A stretch of DNA of 64,000 bases, taken from NCBI GenBank assembly GCA_963558405.1, contig CAUWGC010000007.1, positions 1 through 64,000 on the forward strand. Reading direction: 5' to 3'. The translations under genes and the position numbers were made by a program. Origin of the DNA: an uncultured Clostridia bacterium. Lineage in GTDB: Bacteria > Bacillota > Clostridia > TANB77 > CAG-508. Shown here piece by piece: positions 18,955 to 29,377 of this stretch. Each line of letters begins with the position of its first letter. The first letter of the stretch is position 1. The notes beneath the pieces were generated by a model that worked only from the letters and a program-made list of their open reading frames with translations, did no database searches and was not told the origin of the DNA.

Positions 18955-19779
18955 ATGAGGATAAAAATGAAAAGAAAAACAATATTTTTTGTTATATGTA
19001 TTTTACTTCTTAGTATTCTTGAAAACATATTTATAGTGCCAGTTCAAGCAATTCCAAACAATAATCCAGCACTAAAAGAACTAAAAAGTAATATAGGAGA
19101 GTTAAATCCAAAATTTGATTACTTAACAGTTGATTATAGCATTGTAGTACCAGAAGAAATAGAAAATATCGAAATAACAGCAATTCCAGAGGAAAAGACA
19201 TCAAAAGTAGAAATAAGCGGAAATGAAAATTTGGTTTTAGGACTAAATACTATAAAAATAGATGTAACAGCAGAAGATGGAACAAGTAGAACTTACACAA
19301 TTAGAGTAACAAAAGGAAATGTTCAAAAGGCAAATACAAATTTAAAAAGTTTAGTTATTGAAAATTATGAATTAATACCAGAATTTAGTAATTCGGTTAC
19401 AGAATATATTCTTCCTATAGAAAAAGATGTAAAATCATTACAAGTAGATGCAATTCCTGAAAGCGATAAAGCGACCGTAAAAATTACAGGACAAGAAAAT
19501 ATTTCTGGAAATGATGAGTTAATCAGTGTACTTGTAACTGCAGAAGATGGCATTACTAAAAAGCAATATAATATTATTGCAACCAAGGGAAGAACAGAAA
19601 TGCAAGAAGAAAATGAAAATAAACAAGCTATTGAAGAAAATATAACTTCAAAACAAGATTATTGGTTTGCAAAATATGTTATATTTTCAGTAATTTTAAT
19701 AATTGTTCTTATTATTGCACTTCGCATTTTACAGATAAAAAGAAATAAAATAAAGGAGAAGGATGATGGAGAAAACTAA
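18955..19779 (+). CDS. Membrane-anchored protein with two cadherin-like beta-sandwich domains
   Basis: Signal peptide; repeated VTAEDG.T..Y motifs; C-terminal TM plus basic tail. Confidence 0.75.
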   Translation: MRIKMKRKTIFFVICILLLSILENIFIVPVQAIPNNNPALKELKSNIGELNPKFDYLTVDYSIVVPEEIENIEITAIPEEKTSKVEISGNENLVLGLNTIKIDVTAEDGTSRTYTIRVTKGNVQKANTNLKSLVIENYELIPEFSNSVTEYILPIEKDVKSLQVDAIPESDKATVKITGQENISGNDELISVLVTAEDGITKKQYNIIATKGRTEMQEENENKQAIEENITSKQDYWFAKYVIFSVILIIVLIIALRILQIKRNKIKEKDDGEN

Positions 19780-20968
19780 AATATTTATGTTACTCATATT
19801 AGCTATATTTATATTATGTTTTTTAGTTACATCTTTTAAAAATGTTAGTTTGGCATCAGAAAATGATAAAATAATTATTGCATTGGATCCAGGACACGGG
19901 GGAAAACAACCAGGAGCAGTTAACGGAAGTTTAGTAGAAAAAAATTTAACTTTAAAGGTTGCAAACTACATAAAAGAATATTTAAGCGAATATGATAATG
20001 TAGAAGTTGGACTAACACATAATGGATTACCAAGTAATCAAGAGTTAAAAATTTTTGACAGAGGAGTTTACGCAAGAAATATTAAAGCAGACATGCTAAT
20101 TAGCTTACACTTTAATTCTAGTACAAGTAGTGAACCAAATGGAGCAGAAGTATATGTAACTAATTGTGATGCATTACCAAAATACAAAGAAAACTGTACT
20201 TCACTTGCAAATAAGGTATTAAATAATATTTCAAAACTTGGAATAAAAAATAATGGTGTAAAAACAAGAGTTATTACAGGGGACAAAACAGATATTTATT
20301 ATCCAGGATGTGCAGCAGATTGGGATGGACCAATAAGATATGCAATGCGTGGTACTATGATAGATGATGGTATTACTTCTATTTTAAAAAATGGACAAAA
20401 AGTACAAGTTTCAGCAGATACATCAGCTGATGTAAAAAATGGAGAAGGAGTGCCGGGGATTTTAATAGAACATTGTTACATAAATAATGATAAACAATAT
20501 ATTGACACAGAAGAAAAAATAAAAGCACTTGCTAAAGCAGATGCAGATGCAATTATAGAACATTATGGATTAAAAAAAGAAAGTAAAGTAACAGTAAAAA
20601 AAGATGAAGAAAAGAAAATAGTATTAGTAGAACCACAAGTTGGAAAAAAAGAACTTTTAAAATATTTACCTAATGCCATAGTAACTAAAAATGATGGAAA
20701 AAATATAGAAGATGATTCTTTAGCAACAGGCTATATAGTAAAAGATTCAAATAAAACATACCAATTGGTAAAATTAGGTGATGTAAATGGAGATGGAAAA
20801 GTAACTGTAAATGATTCATTAAGAATATTAAGATATTGTTCAAAAGAAATAACATTAGAAGGAAGTTTTTTACAAGCTATAGATGTAAATCGTGATGATA
20901 AATATACAGTTAAAGATTCATTAAGAATTTTAAATTATAAAGCTAATATTTCAGAAATAAAATTATAA
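19763..20968 (+). CDS. N-acetylmuramoyl-L-alanine amidase (Amidase_3) + dockerin
   Basis: IALDPGHGG, EKNLTL, ISLHFNS, ILIEH; C-terminal dockerin. Confidence 0.88.
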   Translation: MMEKTKIFMLLILAIFILCFLVTSFKNVSLASENDKIIIALDPGHGGKQPGAVNGSLVEKNLTLKVANYIKEYLSEYDNVEVGLTHNGLPSNQELKIFDRGVYARNIKADMLISLHFNSSTSSEPNGAEVYVTNCDALPKYKENCTSLANKVLNNISKLGIKNNGVKTRVITGDKTDIYYPGCAADWDGPIRYAMRGTMIDDGITSILKNGQKVQVSADTSADVKNGEGVPGILIEHCYINNDKQYIDTEEKIKALAKADADAIIEHYGLKKESKVTVKKDEEKKIVLVEPQVGKKELLKYLPNAIVTKNDGKNIEDDSLATGYIVKDSNKTYQLVKLGDVNGDGKVTVNDSLRILRYCSKEITLEGSFLQAIDVNRDDKYTVKDSLRILNYKANISEIKL

Positions 20969-20981
20969 GGAGAGTGCGAAA

Positions 20982-22454
20982 ATGAAAAAAATTATATTAA
21001 AAATTATTTTATTAGGAATTTTAATTTTAAGTGCTAATGTAGTTATTTCAAATGCGGCTGTAACAGGAACAAATGCAACCATAAAACCGGGAGAACAGGC
21101 AACAATAACTATAAAGTCAGATAAAAAATTAGGTTGCTTTCAATTAGAATTAACAGATTTAGGCGGATTAGAATTTGTAACAAGTTCTGGTGTTGCTGGA
21201 AGTACAGGAAGTGGAAGTAAAACAATTACATATGCTAGTAGCGAAGGAACAACTAGTATGGCAACATTTACGGTAAAAGCTCCTTCAAATGCGACAGCTA
21301 AAACATATAGTGTTAAATTTTCTGCTATTGACATGGATGATCCACAAGAAGGTGGTTCAGTACCTGGAACAGCAAGTGTTACATCAAAAATTACAGTTAA
21401 AGCAGAAGAAACAACACCACCAGATAGTGGAAATCAAGGAGGAAATACAGGAGGAGAAACAACACCACCTGCTCAAAAATCTAGCAATGCAAATTTAAAA
21501 ATGATTGTAACAGAGCCAGTTGACTTTAGTGGATTTAGATCAGATAAGACATCTGGATACGAAGTAACAGTAAACAATGATGTGGATAGAATTACATTTA
21601 AAACAACAAAAGAAAATGATGGTGCTACATTAGGAAAATGGGTTAATAAAGCAAATTCAGATTCAGGATATTCTTGGGTATATTTAGCAGAAGGAAGAAA
21701 TGAAATAAGTATGACAGTTACAGCAGAAGATGGTACAACAAAGAAAACATATACAGTAGTAGTAAATAGGTTAGCTAAAGAAGATAATGAGCCAAACAAT
21801 GAAGAAAACAATCCAAATGAAGAACAAAAGCCACAAGAAGAGCAAAAAGAATTAGCATTAGAAGCTTTGGCAATTGATGGAATAACATTATCACCAGAAT
21901 TTAAGTCAGATGTTTTTGAATACACTGCAAGATTAGAAGATTTATCTGTAAAAAGTTTAAAAGTAGATGCAAAATCTACAATAGAAGGTGCTACAGTAGA
22001 AGTAACAGGAAATGAAAATCTAGTAGAGGGAGAAAATACAATAACAGTCTTACTAAAATACGAAGATAAATCAGCTACATATCAAATAACAGTTACAAAA
22101 GCTCCAAAAGAAGAAGAGGAAACAACAAATACTTTATCAAATACAACAGAAACTGCAGCTACAGTAGACAGCAATAAAAAAAGTGGAATCAGTTTACCTG
22201 CGATTATTGGAATTGGAGTAGTTGGAATTATTGCTTTTGCTGCACTTATTGCACTTATTGTTACTAAAGTTAAATTTAGAAAACAAAATGAAGGTGTAGA
22301 ATTAAACTTTATTGATGATATGCAAAACGAAGATACAAGTGGAAAAGTTAGAATTAGACAAAATGGAGAAGATAAAATAGAAATAGAAGATAACGATAAT
22401 AATGATGATGATAAAAACAATAGAGGAAAAGGAAGAAGAGGAAGACACTTCTAA
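20982..22454 (+). CDS. Membrane-anchored surface protein: cohesin-like N-domain, cadherin-like domains, TM, ...GRRGRHF tail
   Basis: Signal peptide; TIKPGEQATITIK...ATFTVKAP beta-sandwich; Pro/Gly/Thr linker; VTAEDG repeat; C-terminal TM. Confidence 0.65.
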   Translation: MKKIILKIILLGILILSANVVISNAAVTGTNATIKPGEQATITIKSDKKLGCFQLELTDLGGLEFVTSSGVAGSTGSGSKTITYASSEGTTSMATFTVKAPSNATAKTYSVKFSAIDMDDPQEGGSVPGTASVTSKITVKAEETTPPDSGNQGGNTGGETTPPAQKSSNANLKMIVTEPVDFSGFRSDKTSGYEVTVNNDVDRITFKTTKENDGATLGKWVNKANSDSGYSWVYLAEGRNEISMTVTAEDGTTKKTYTVVVNRLAKEDNEPNNEENNPNEEQKPQEEQKELALEALAIDGITLSPEFKSDVFEYTARLEDLSVKSLKVDAKSTIEGATVEVTGNENLVEGENTITVLLKYEDKSATYQITVTKAPKEEEETTNTLSNTTETAATVDSNKKSGISLPAIIGIGVVGIIAFAALIALIVTKVKFRKQNEGVELNFIDDMQNEDTSGKVRIRQNGEDKIEIEDNDNNDDDKNNRGKGRRGRHF

Positions 22455-22568
22455 ATAAATAAAAAGAAAAAGTTTCTTATTTATAAAAGAAACTTTTTCT
22501 TTTACCGTATATTTTGCCAAAATACTTGAAATAATCGAAAAACAAATATATAATTATAAAAGTTAATT

Positions 22569-22644
22569 GCTACTGTAGCTCAGTTGGTAGAGCAACAGAT
22601 TCGTAACCTGTAGGTCGCGAGTTCGATTCTCGCCAGTAGCTCCA
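22569..22644 (+). tRNA. tRNA-Thr(CGT)
   Basis: Cloverleaf GCTACTG/CAGTAGC; D-arm GCTCAGTTGGTAGAGC; anticodon loop TT-CGT-AA; GTTCGA T-loop; encoded CCA; upstream TTGAAA-N17-TATAAT. Confidence 0.95.
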
Positions 22645-22886
22645 TTAAGTAAAATCGTTGCACCAGACGAAAACATTGATAAATCAACTGTAAAGGTTGA
22701 TTTTACTTGAAAAGCAATTATAAAACTTGCTAATTTTAAATTAAATTTTATTGAAATATGTCTTTCTTAAATAATTGATATCGCACATTAATTTAGGTAA
22801 AATAGTGTATAATTTTAATAAGCAGTCATATAATATTAATGTCAAATTTAGTTTGACAAGTTAAATATTGTATGTTAAAATATATT

Positions 22887-22963
22887 TAACTTAACCCTCT
22901 ACTACTTTTGTAGTAAGACGGGAGCCTAAATGATTTTGGAGAGTTCTAGCAACTCTCCTTTTT
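22887..22963 (+). ncRNA. Candidate small RNA convergent with the PemK-like gene
   Basis: TTGACA(22853)-17-TAAAAT(22876) with extended TG; hairpin 22895-22922; terminator GGAGAGTT/AACTCTCC + T5. Confidence 0.5.
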
Positions 22964-22974
22964 AAGTACTATAA

Positions 22975-23664
22975 TCATTTCGTAAAGTATTTGATAATTT
23001 GTTTATCAATCAAATCAAGTGATTCACTAGATATTTTTACATTTCTTCGCACGGTATCCTTGAAAATTCTTTGTTTGCTAATTGTTGTTATTTGATTAAT
23101 TAAAGCAATACTGTCTTTTTTCATTTTACTAATTTCTTTTTCCATTTTTTCAATATACTTTTGTTCTTTTTCTATTATATTTTGAATGCTAATAGGAATA
23201 TCTTCTATTTTTTCTAATTCATCTAGTATTTGTTGCAATTTGCTTTTCTCTTTTTCAATTTTTCTTTGGAACATGTTGTAAAGTTCCTTCCCAAGATTTA
23301 CAGAAGAAGAATCATATTTTTTATTATCTTTTCTAGATGTTAATGGAATAACATTTAAAGCACCATTTCTAGTATTATCATATTTATTTAATACAATACA
23401 ATAATGTAATCCACCCAATTCATTTCCAATATTAAAACCCAAGTTTACTTTTATCACATCACCACGAGAGTACATGCCTGATTTTGCAATATTGAATGTT
23501 TTTTCTTCATCGTGATATTCTGCAAAGTCATGTATCCAATATGCTAATAAATCACTTTTTTTATATTCATTTAATTCTATATGTTTAAGAAATGACAAAT
23601 CTAATCTAGTTAAAGAATTATCTTTGTGAATGATTGCATTATTCTTCAATTTGATTTGGTTCAT
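22975..23664 (-). CDS. PemK/MazF-family toxin-like protein with coiled-coil insert
   Basis: RGDVIKVNLGFNIGNELGGLHYCIVL, VIPLTS, QITTISKQRI. Confidence 0.8.
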   Translation of the reverse strand: MNQIKLKNNAIIHKDNSLTRLDLSFLKHIELNEYKKSDLLAYWIHDFAEYHDEEKTFNIAKSGMYSRGDVIKVNLGFNIGNELGGLHYCIVLNKYDNTRNGALNVIPLTSRKDNKKYDSSSVNLGKELYNMFQRKIEKEKSKLQQILDELEKIEDIPISIQNIIEKEQKYIEKMEKEISKMKKDSIALINQITTISKQRIFKDTVRRNVKISSESLDLIDKQIIKYFTK

Positions 23665-23898
23665 AATATTAGCTCCTTATATTTTTACAACATTATAACA
23701 AACATTTGTTTATTTTACAATATCTATTGAAAAATAATTTTATTATTGCCATTTATAAAAACTAATAATTTAAAATATTTACTTGTACAAAAATAAATTT
23801 TATGTTATATTTAAATCAACAAATCAAAACACATAAAAATTGTAATATTTGCAGATATATTTGTTAACTATTTTATAATATTTTAGGAGGAATATTTT

Positions 23899-24534
23899 AT
23901 GTCAGATTTAGCCCCAAAAATAGAAAAATTTAATGAGAAAAAAGATAATAAACCTTTTCAACATATAATTTTGGCATCTCAATCTGCTGTTCGTAAACAA
24001 CAGCTTATAGATGAAAATATACCTTTTGAAGTAATAGTTAGTAATGCTGATGAGACACCTGATAAATCTAAGACTTTTAAAAACCAGTTAGCTGAAATTT
24101 CAATGCGTAAAGCTAAAGTGGTTTTTGAAAAAACAATAGATAGAGGTTTACGACTTATTATTGCTGCAGACCAAAATATAGTATTTAATAATGTTATGTA
24201 TGGAAAACCAAAAACAATTGACGACGCACGTCGCCTTATTACTAGTATGATGGGTAAAGAAGATGTTTATGCTTACACAGGAAATAGTATATTATTAGCA
24301 GAAGGTAAAAACATCCTTCAAAGCATAAATATTACTGATGTTGCAAGAATGAGCGTTGATAAAATTACTGAAAATGAACTTGAATCTTATTTAGAAAATG
24401 AGAAATGTTTGAATTATTGTGGAGGAATTTCAATTTCAAATTCAGACTTTATACATCTTAAAGAAGGTAGAATGTCAACAGCAATGGGTATGACGTTAGA
24501 ATATGCAAAAGAAATGATGTCTAATCTTAATTAA
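23899..24534 (+). CDS. Maf-family nucleoside triphosphate pyrophosphatase (divergent)
   Basis: IILASQS..R, NADET, IAADQ.I...YGKP. Confidence 0.75.
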   Translation: MSDLAPKIEKFNEKKDNKPFQHIILASQSAVRKQQLIDENIPFEVIVSNADETPDKSKTFKNQLAEISMRKAKVVFEKTIDRGLRLIIAADQNIVFNNVMYGKPKTIDDARRLITSMMGKEDVYAYTGNSILLAEGKNILQSINITDVARMSVDKITENELESYLENEKCLNYCGGISISNSDFIHLKEGRMSTAMGMTLEYAKEMMSNLN

Positions 24535-24820
24535 AAGAATCAACAAGGCATATTTCTATAATGTCCATTGTATTATTGTAAGTAGAGATTTGGGAATTTT
24601 CAAAGATAAGTACATATTGTAATTAAGTGGTACAGAAGAGAACATTCAAATGTTTATACAATGTCTTAAAGTTGAAGGATTTAAGATAATAGAATAGTGT
24701 AAAAATAAAATTGATGCATCTGTCGTTAAGGATTGCACCAATTTTATTTACTTATAAGAATATCTAAAAAATTATTAAAAAATTATCAATTTTTCTTAGA
24801 AATATGGTATAATAACTAAT

Positions 24821-25078
24821 ATGGGAAAGGTTGTGAGAAAGGTGCAAAGAGAGATAACCATTAGAGAATTTGAAAATGTTGTTAGCAATACTGATGATAT
24901 AGAACCTATGATTATAAAAAGAGAAAATAAAAAAGATTTATTAGTAATTAGTTTAGAGCAATATCAAAAAGATATGTTTTTTAGCAAACTTGAAAAGAGT
25001 AAAAGAGAATATAAAGAAGGAAAAGTTCATAGTGCAAGAACTGTTTTCAAGGGATTGAGAGAAAAGTATGGATATTAA
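24821..25078 (+). CDS. Phd/YefM-family antitoxin
   Basis: EPMIIKR...LLVISLEQY; overlaps the downstream toxin gene. Confidence 0.7.
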   Translation: MGKVVRKVQREITIREFENVVSNTDDIEPMIIKRENKKDLLVISLEQYQKDMFFSKLEKSKREYKEGKVHSARTVFKGLREKYGY

Positions 25079-25391
25079 TAATTACGAAATAATATTAACT
25101 GATACAGCTAAAGAAGAACTTGAAGAAATATACGAATATATATCTAAACATTTAATTGAAGATAAAGCAGCTAATAGATTAATGAAAAAAATTGAACAAA
25201 ATTTTTTAAGATTAGAACAATATCCATACTCTTGCATTGAAGTAAATATAAAACCTCATAATGAAGTATATCGTAAATTAGTTATAGATAATTACATTGC
25301 ATTATATGAAGTTGATGAAACATATAAGCAAGTAGTTGTATATAGAATTTTATATGGAGGAATGGATTATTTAAAGATAATGGAAGACTAA
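25068..25391 (+). CDS. RelE/ParE-family toxin
   Basis: YEIILTDTAKEELEEIYEYI...YRKLVIDNYIALY...VYRILYG. Confidence 0.85.
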   Translation: MDINNYEIILTDTAKEELEEIYEYISKHLIEDKAANRLMKKIEQNFLRLEQYPYSCIEVNIKPHNEVYRKLVIDNYIALYEVDETYKQVVVYRILYGGMDYLKIMED

Positions 25392-25567
25392 AAATCTTTC
25401 CATTTTTTTATTAAAATAGGTATATAAAAAATTCAAAAACTTAGACAAAGTTATAATACAATACTTACTTGAAAAAAATCAACAAAAAATGGTATAATAT
25501 AAATGCTAAAATAGTAAAACGAAATTAATAATTATTAGATTATAAAAGAAAGATAGAGGAAACTGAT

Positions 25568-26473
25568 ATGGGATTTTTTGATAAATTAAAACAGGGATTA
25601 AGTAAAACTAAAGATTCATTTAATGAAAAATTAAATGATATATTTAGCGGATTTAGAAAAGTAGATGAAGAATTATTAGAGGAATTAGAAGAAGCATTAA
25701 TAATGTCTGACGTAGGTGTAGAAACATCTTGCAAAATAATTTCAAATTTAAGAAATAGAATAAAAAAAGAAAAATTAGAAGATGAAGAACAAGTAAAAAA
25801 TGCCTTAAGAGAAGAGATGGAACATATATTAGATGATGTAGATAATACTTTAAAATTAAATACAAATCCATCTGTTATTTTAGTTGTAGGTGTAAATGGA
25901 GTTGGAAAAACAACTTCAATAGGTAAAATTGCAAATAGATTAAAACAAGATGGCAAAAAAGTAGTTATAGCAGCAGCTGATACATTTAGAGCAGCAGCTG
26001 TTGAACAGTTAGAAATATGGGCTAATAGAGTTGGCTGCGATATGGTAAAAAAACAAGAAGGAGCAGACCCTGCTTCTGTTGTATTTGATGCAATAAAAAT
26101 AACTAAAGAAAAAAATGCAGATGTATTAATATGTGATACAGCAGGAAGATTACATAATAAAAAATATTTAATGGATGAATTAATAAAAATAAAAAAAGTA
26201 ATAGATAAAGAATTACCAGACGCTAATAAAGAAATATTAGTAGTATTAGATGCTACAACAGGACAAAATGCTATTCAACAAGTAAAGGCATTTAAAGAAA
26301 CAGTAGATATAACAGGTATAGTTCTTACAAAATTAGATGGAACAGCTAAAGGAGGAGTAGTATTAGGAATTGTAGAAGAAAACCATATTCCAATTAAATT
26401 TGTTGGTGTTGGTGAACAAATAGAAGACATGGAAGTATTTAATAGTAAAGATTTTGTAAAAGCAATTATATAA
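25568..26473 (+). CDS. ftsY: SRP receptor FtsY
   Basis: GVNGVGKTT, DTFRAAA, DTAGR, TKLDGTAKGG. Confidence 0.97.
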   Translation: MGFFDKLKQGLSKTKDSFNEKLNDIFSGFRKVDEELLEELEEALIMSDVGVETSCKIISNLRNRIKKEKLEDEEQVKNALREEMEHILDDVDNTLKLNTNPSVILVVGVNGVGKTTSIGKIANRLKQDGKKVVIAAADTFRAAAVEQLEIWANRVGCDMVKKQEGADPASVVFDAIKITKEKNADVLICDTAGRLHNKKYLMDELIKIKKVIDKELPDANKEILVVLDATTGQNAIQQVKAFKETVDITGIVLTKLDGTAKGGVVLGIVEENHIPIKFVGVGEQIEDMEVFNSKDFVKAII

Positions 26474-26490
26474 ATATTTAGGAGGAAAAA

Positions 26491-29316
26491 ATGGAGCAAG
26501 AAAAAACAAATAAAAATATTACAAAAGATAAAGAAGAACATGTACAAAAGAATAGCAAAATTAGAATAATTATAGTAATTGCATTTTTAATGTTTTTTGC
26601 ACTTGCAACTTTTATTTCTTTAAGAGGAAATTATTTAGAAACTTTAGAAATAGGCGAAAACTATTTAACAGTATTTTGGAAAAATGTAAGATATAAGTAT
26701 ATAACAATGGGAACAGTTTTTTTAGTTCTATTTATTGTTTTATATATAACAAATAGAAACATAAAAAAAGGATTAAAAATCTTTTTTGAAGAAGAAAAAA
26801 AGGTAATGCCAAAACTTCCTAATAAATCAATTTCTTTAATATTAGGAGCTGTTATTAGTGTTTTAGTATCTGGACCACTTTCAAAGCAATTTATGTTAAT
26901 GTTTAACAATGCATGGTTTGGAAAAAATGATCCTATCTTTGGAATGGATATAGGTTATTACATTTTTCAAAAGCCATTTATAGAAATTATCCTTTTAGGA
27001 GCATTAGCATTAATAGTTGGTCTTACTATATATACAGTAATATATTATATTGTTGCTTTTAATGTCTTTTTTGATGGGGTTGATAGACAAACTTTAAGAA
27101 AAAGTAAATTTATCAAACAAATCACAAAAAACATAAAAATTGTAGTTATCATTTTAGCATTGATGACATTAATAAAAACACAAGACGTATTAGTAAATAA
27201 ATTTTTAAAATTAGAAGATGGATACGAGCTATATGGGGCAGGTATTACAGATGTTACTATTAAATTATGGGGATATAGAATTTTAAGTTTAATAATGGTA
27301 GTATCAGTTTTTATGGCAATACACTTTTTTAATAAAGATCAAACCAAAAAAGTTGTTATCTCTATTTTAGTTGTTCCTGCATATTTAATAGGAATGGCAG
27401 TAATAATGTTAATATTCCAAGTTGGATATGTAAATATAAATGAATTAGATAGACAAAAAAATTATATAGCAAAAAATATAGAATTTACACAAAATGCTTA
27501 TAATATTGATGTGGAAGAGATAAATGTACAATATTCTGGTACAGTAAACTCAAACGAAATAGAATCATATAAAGATATAATCAATAACATTGCTGTTGTA
27601 GATAAAAGTTCAGTATTAAAAGAATTAAAAACTTCACAAACAAGCAAAGGATACTATACTTTTCGTGATGCAAGTATAGCTAAATATCCTATTAATGGAG
27701 AAGAATCATTAGTATATATATCACCAAGAGAAATTATTAGTACTGAGGGAAATAGAACATATAATAATAAAACATATGAATACACACATGGATTTGGAGC
27801 AATTGTAACTTCTGCAACATCTGTTTCAGAAGCTGGAACTTCTAAATACATTCAAACTGGATTTTTAGAAGAAAATCAAGAAATACAAATTAAAGAACCT
27901 AGAATTTATTTTGGACTAGAAACCAACAATACAGTAGTAACAAATAGTAAAAACAAAGCAGAATTTGATTATCCTATGTTAAATTCAAATACAGCAGAAA
28001 ACACGTATAATGGACAAGCAGGATTATCATTAAATTTTATAGATAGATTAATTTTAGCAATAAAAGAAGGAGACTTAAACCTTGCACTTTCTGGAAATAT
28101 AACTAATGAAAGTAAAATATTAACAAATCGTAATATTATAGATAGAGCTAAAAAAGTAATGCCATATTTAATTTATGATCAAAATCCATACTTGGTTGTA
28201 AATGATAATGGAGAACTAATATGGGTATTAGATGCTTATACAGTTACAAACAATTACCCATATTCTCAAAAAAGTACAATAGAGGTAGAAGGAGTAAAAC
28301 AAGAAATAAATTATATAAGAAATTCTGTTAAGGTTTTAATTGATGCATATGATGGTACAATTAAGTTTTATATAACAGATAGAACTGACCCTATTATAAT
28401 GGCATATAATAATATTTTTAAGGGATTATTTACAGAAGAAGAAATTCCTAAAGATATTAGTAAGCATTTTGTATATCCAAAGTTTTTATTTGAAGTACAA
28501 ACAGAAATTTTAAATAGATATCATAAAGTACAACCTGATGTATTATACAGAGGAGACGATACATGGAGTATCGGAACTCATAAAGCTAATAGAACTAGCA
28601 CAATTACAAAAGAAGAAATAGAACCATATTATACTATGGTAAAAAATGAAAATGGTAAAAATGAAATTGGTTTAATGAATGTATATACACCTTATGGAAA
28701 GCAAAATTTAATTTCATATGTTGTTGGTACACATGAAGAAAAAAATACAGGTACTTTAAAACTATATAAGTTTATATCAGATAATAGTATCCTTGGTCCA
28801 ATGCAATTAGACACACAAATAGAACAAGACGAAACAATAGCTAAGGAACTAGATGCAATAAATGCAAATGGAACAAAAATAACAAAGAAAATACTAGTAA
28901 TACCTGTTGCTAATACTGTGTTATATGTAGAACCAATTTATCAAGTATATTTAAATGAAAAAGAACAAATTAATGTACCAGCATTAAAAAAGGTTATTGT
29001 TGCATCTGGAAATAAAGTAGCAATAGGAGACACATTAAAAGAATCTTTAAATAATTTACTTTCTCAATATGCAGTAGATATAGAAGTTGAAGATACTGAA
29101 GACATAGAAGGATTAATAAATGCAATTATAAAAGCAAATACAAATCTACAAAATTCTAGTGCAAATAATGATTGGGAAATGGTAGGAAAAGATTTAAATA
29201 AATTACAAGGATTAATTAATAAATTAGAAGAATTAGTAGAAGAAGATAAAAAGAATAACGAAATAACAGATATACAAAATACGGTTACTTCTGATAATAA
29301 TGTGATAGATTTTTAA
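26491..29316 (+). CDS. UPF0182-family membrane protein
   Basis: N-terminal TMs; DPIFGMDIGYYIF, YTHGFG, EPRIYFG, NYIRNSVK, DAYDGT. Confidence 0.85.
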   Translation: MEQEKTNKNITKDKEEHVQKNSKIRIIIVIAFLMFFALATFISLRGNYLETLEIGENYLTVFWKNVRYKYITMGTVFLVLFIVLYITNRNIKKGLKIFFEEEKKVMPKLPNKSISLILGAVISVLVSGPLSKQFMLMFNNAWFGKNDPIFGMDIGYYIFQKPFIEIILLGALALIVGLTIYTVIYYIVAFNVFFDGVDRQTLRKSKFIKQITKNIKIVVIILALMTLIKTQDVLVNKFLKLEDGYELYGAGITDVTIKLWGYRILSLIMVVSVFMAIHFFNKDQTKKVVISILVVPAYLIGMAVIMLIFQVGYVNINELDRQKNYIAKNIEFTQNAYNIDVEEINVQYSGTVNSNEIESYKDIINNIAVVDKSSVLKELKTSQTSKGYYTFRDASIAKYPINGEESLVYISPREIISTEGNRTYNNKTYEYTHGFGAIVTSATSVSEAGTSKYIQTGFLEENQEIQIKEPRIYFGLETNNTVVTNSKNKAEFDYPMLNSNTAENTYNGQAGLSLNFIDRLILAIKEGDLNLALSGNITNESKILTNRNIIDRAKKVMPYLIYDQNPYLVVNDNGELIWVLDAYTVTNNYPYSQKSTIEVEGVKQEINYIRNSVKVLIDAYDGTIKFYITDRTDPIIMAYNNIFKGLFTEEEIPKDISKHFVYPKFLFEVQTEILNRYHKVQPDVLYRGDDTWSIGTHKANRTSTITKEEIEPYYTMVKNENGKNEIGLMNVYTPYGKQNLISYVVGTHEEKNTGTLKLYKFISDNSILGPMQLDTQIEQDETIAKELDAINANGTKITKKILVIPVANTVLYVEPIYQVYLNEKEQINVPALKKVIVASGNKVAIGDTLKESLNNLLSQYAVDIEVEDTEDIEGLINAIIKANTNLQNSSANNDWEMVGKDLNKLQGLINKLEELVEEDKKNNEITDIQNTVTSDNNVIDF

Positions 29317-29377
29317 TCTAAATTTGGTATAAAAAAACAAAAATAAACCACCCTAAATTAAAAGAGGTGGTTTATTT

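Noticed and set aside
24704-24748. Imperfect inverted repeat as an IS/MITE end or att site
   Set aside because: No partner end or target duplication found; more simply a terminator.
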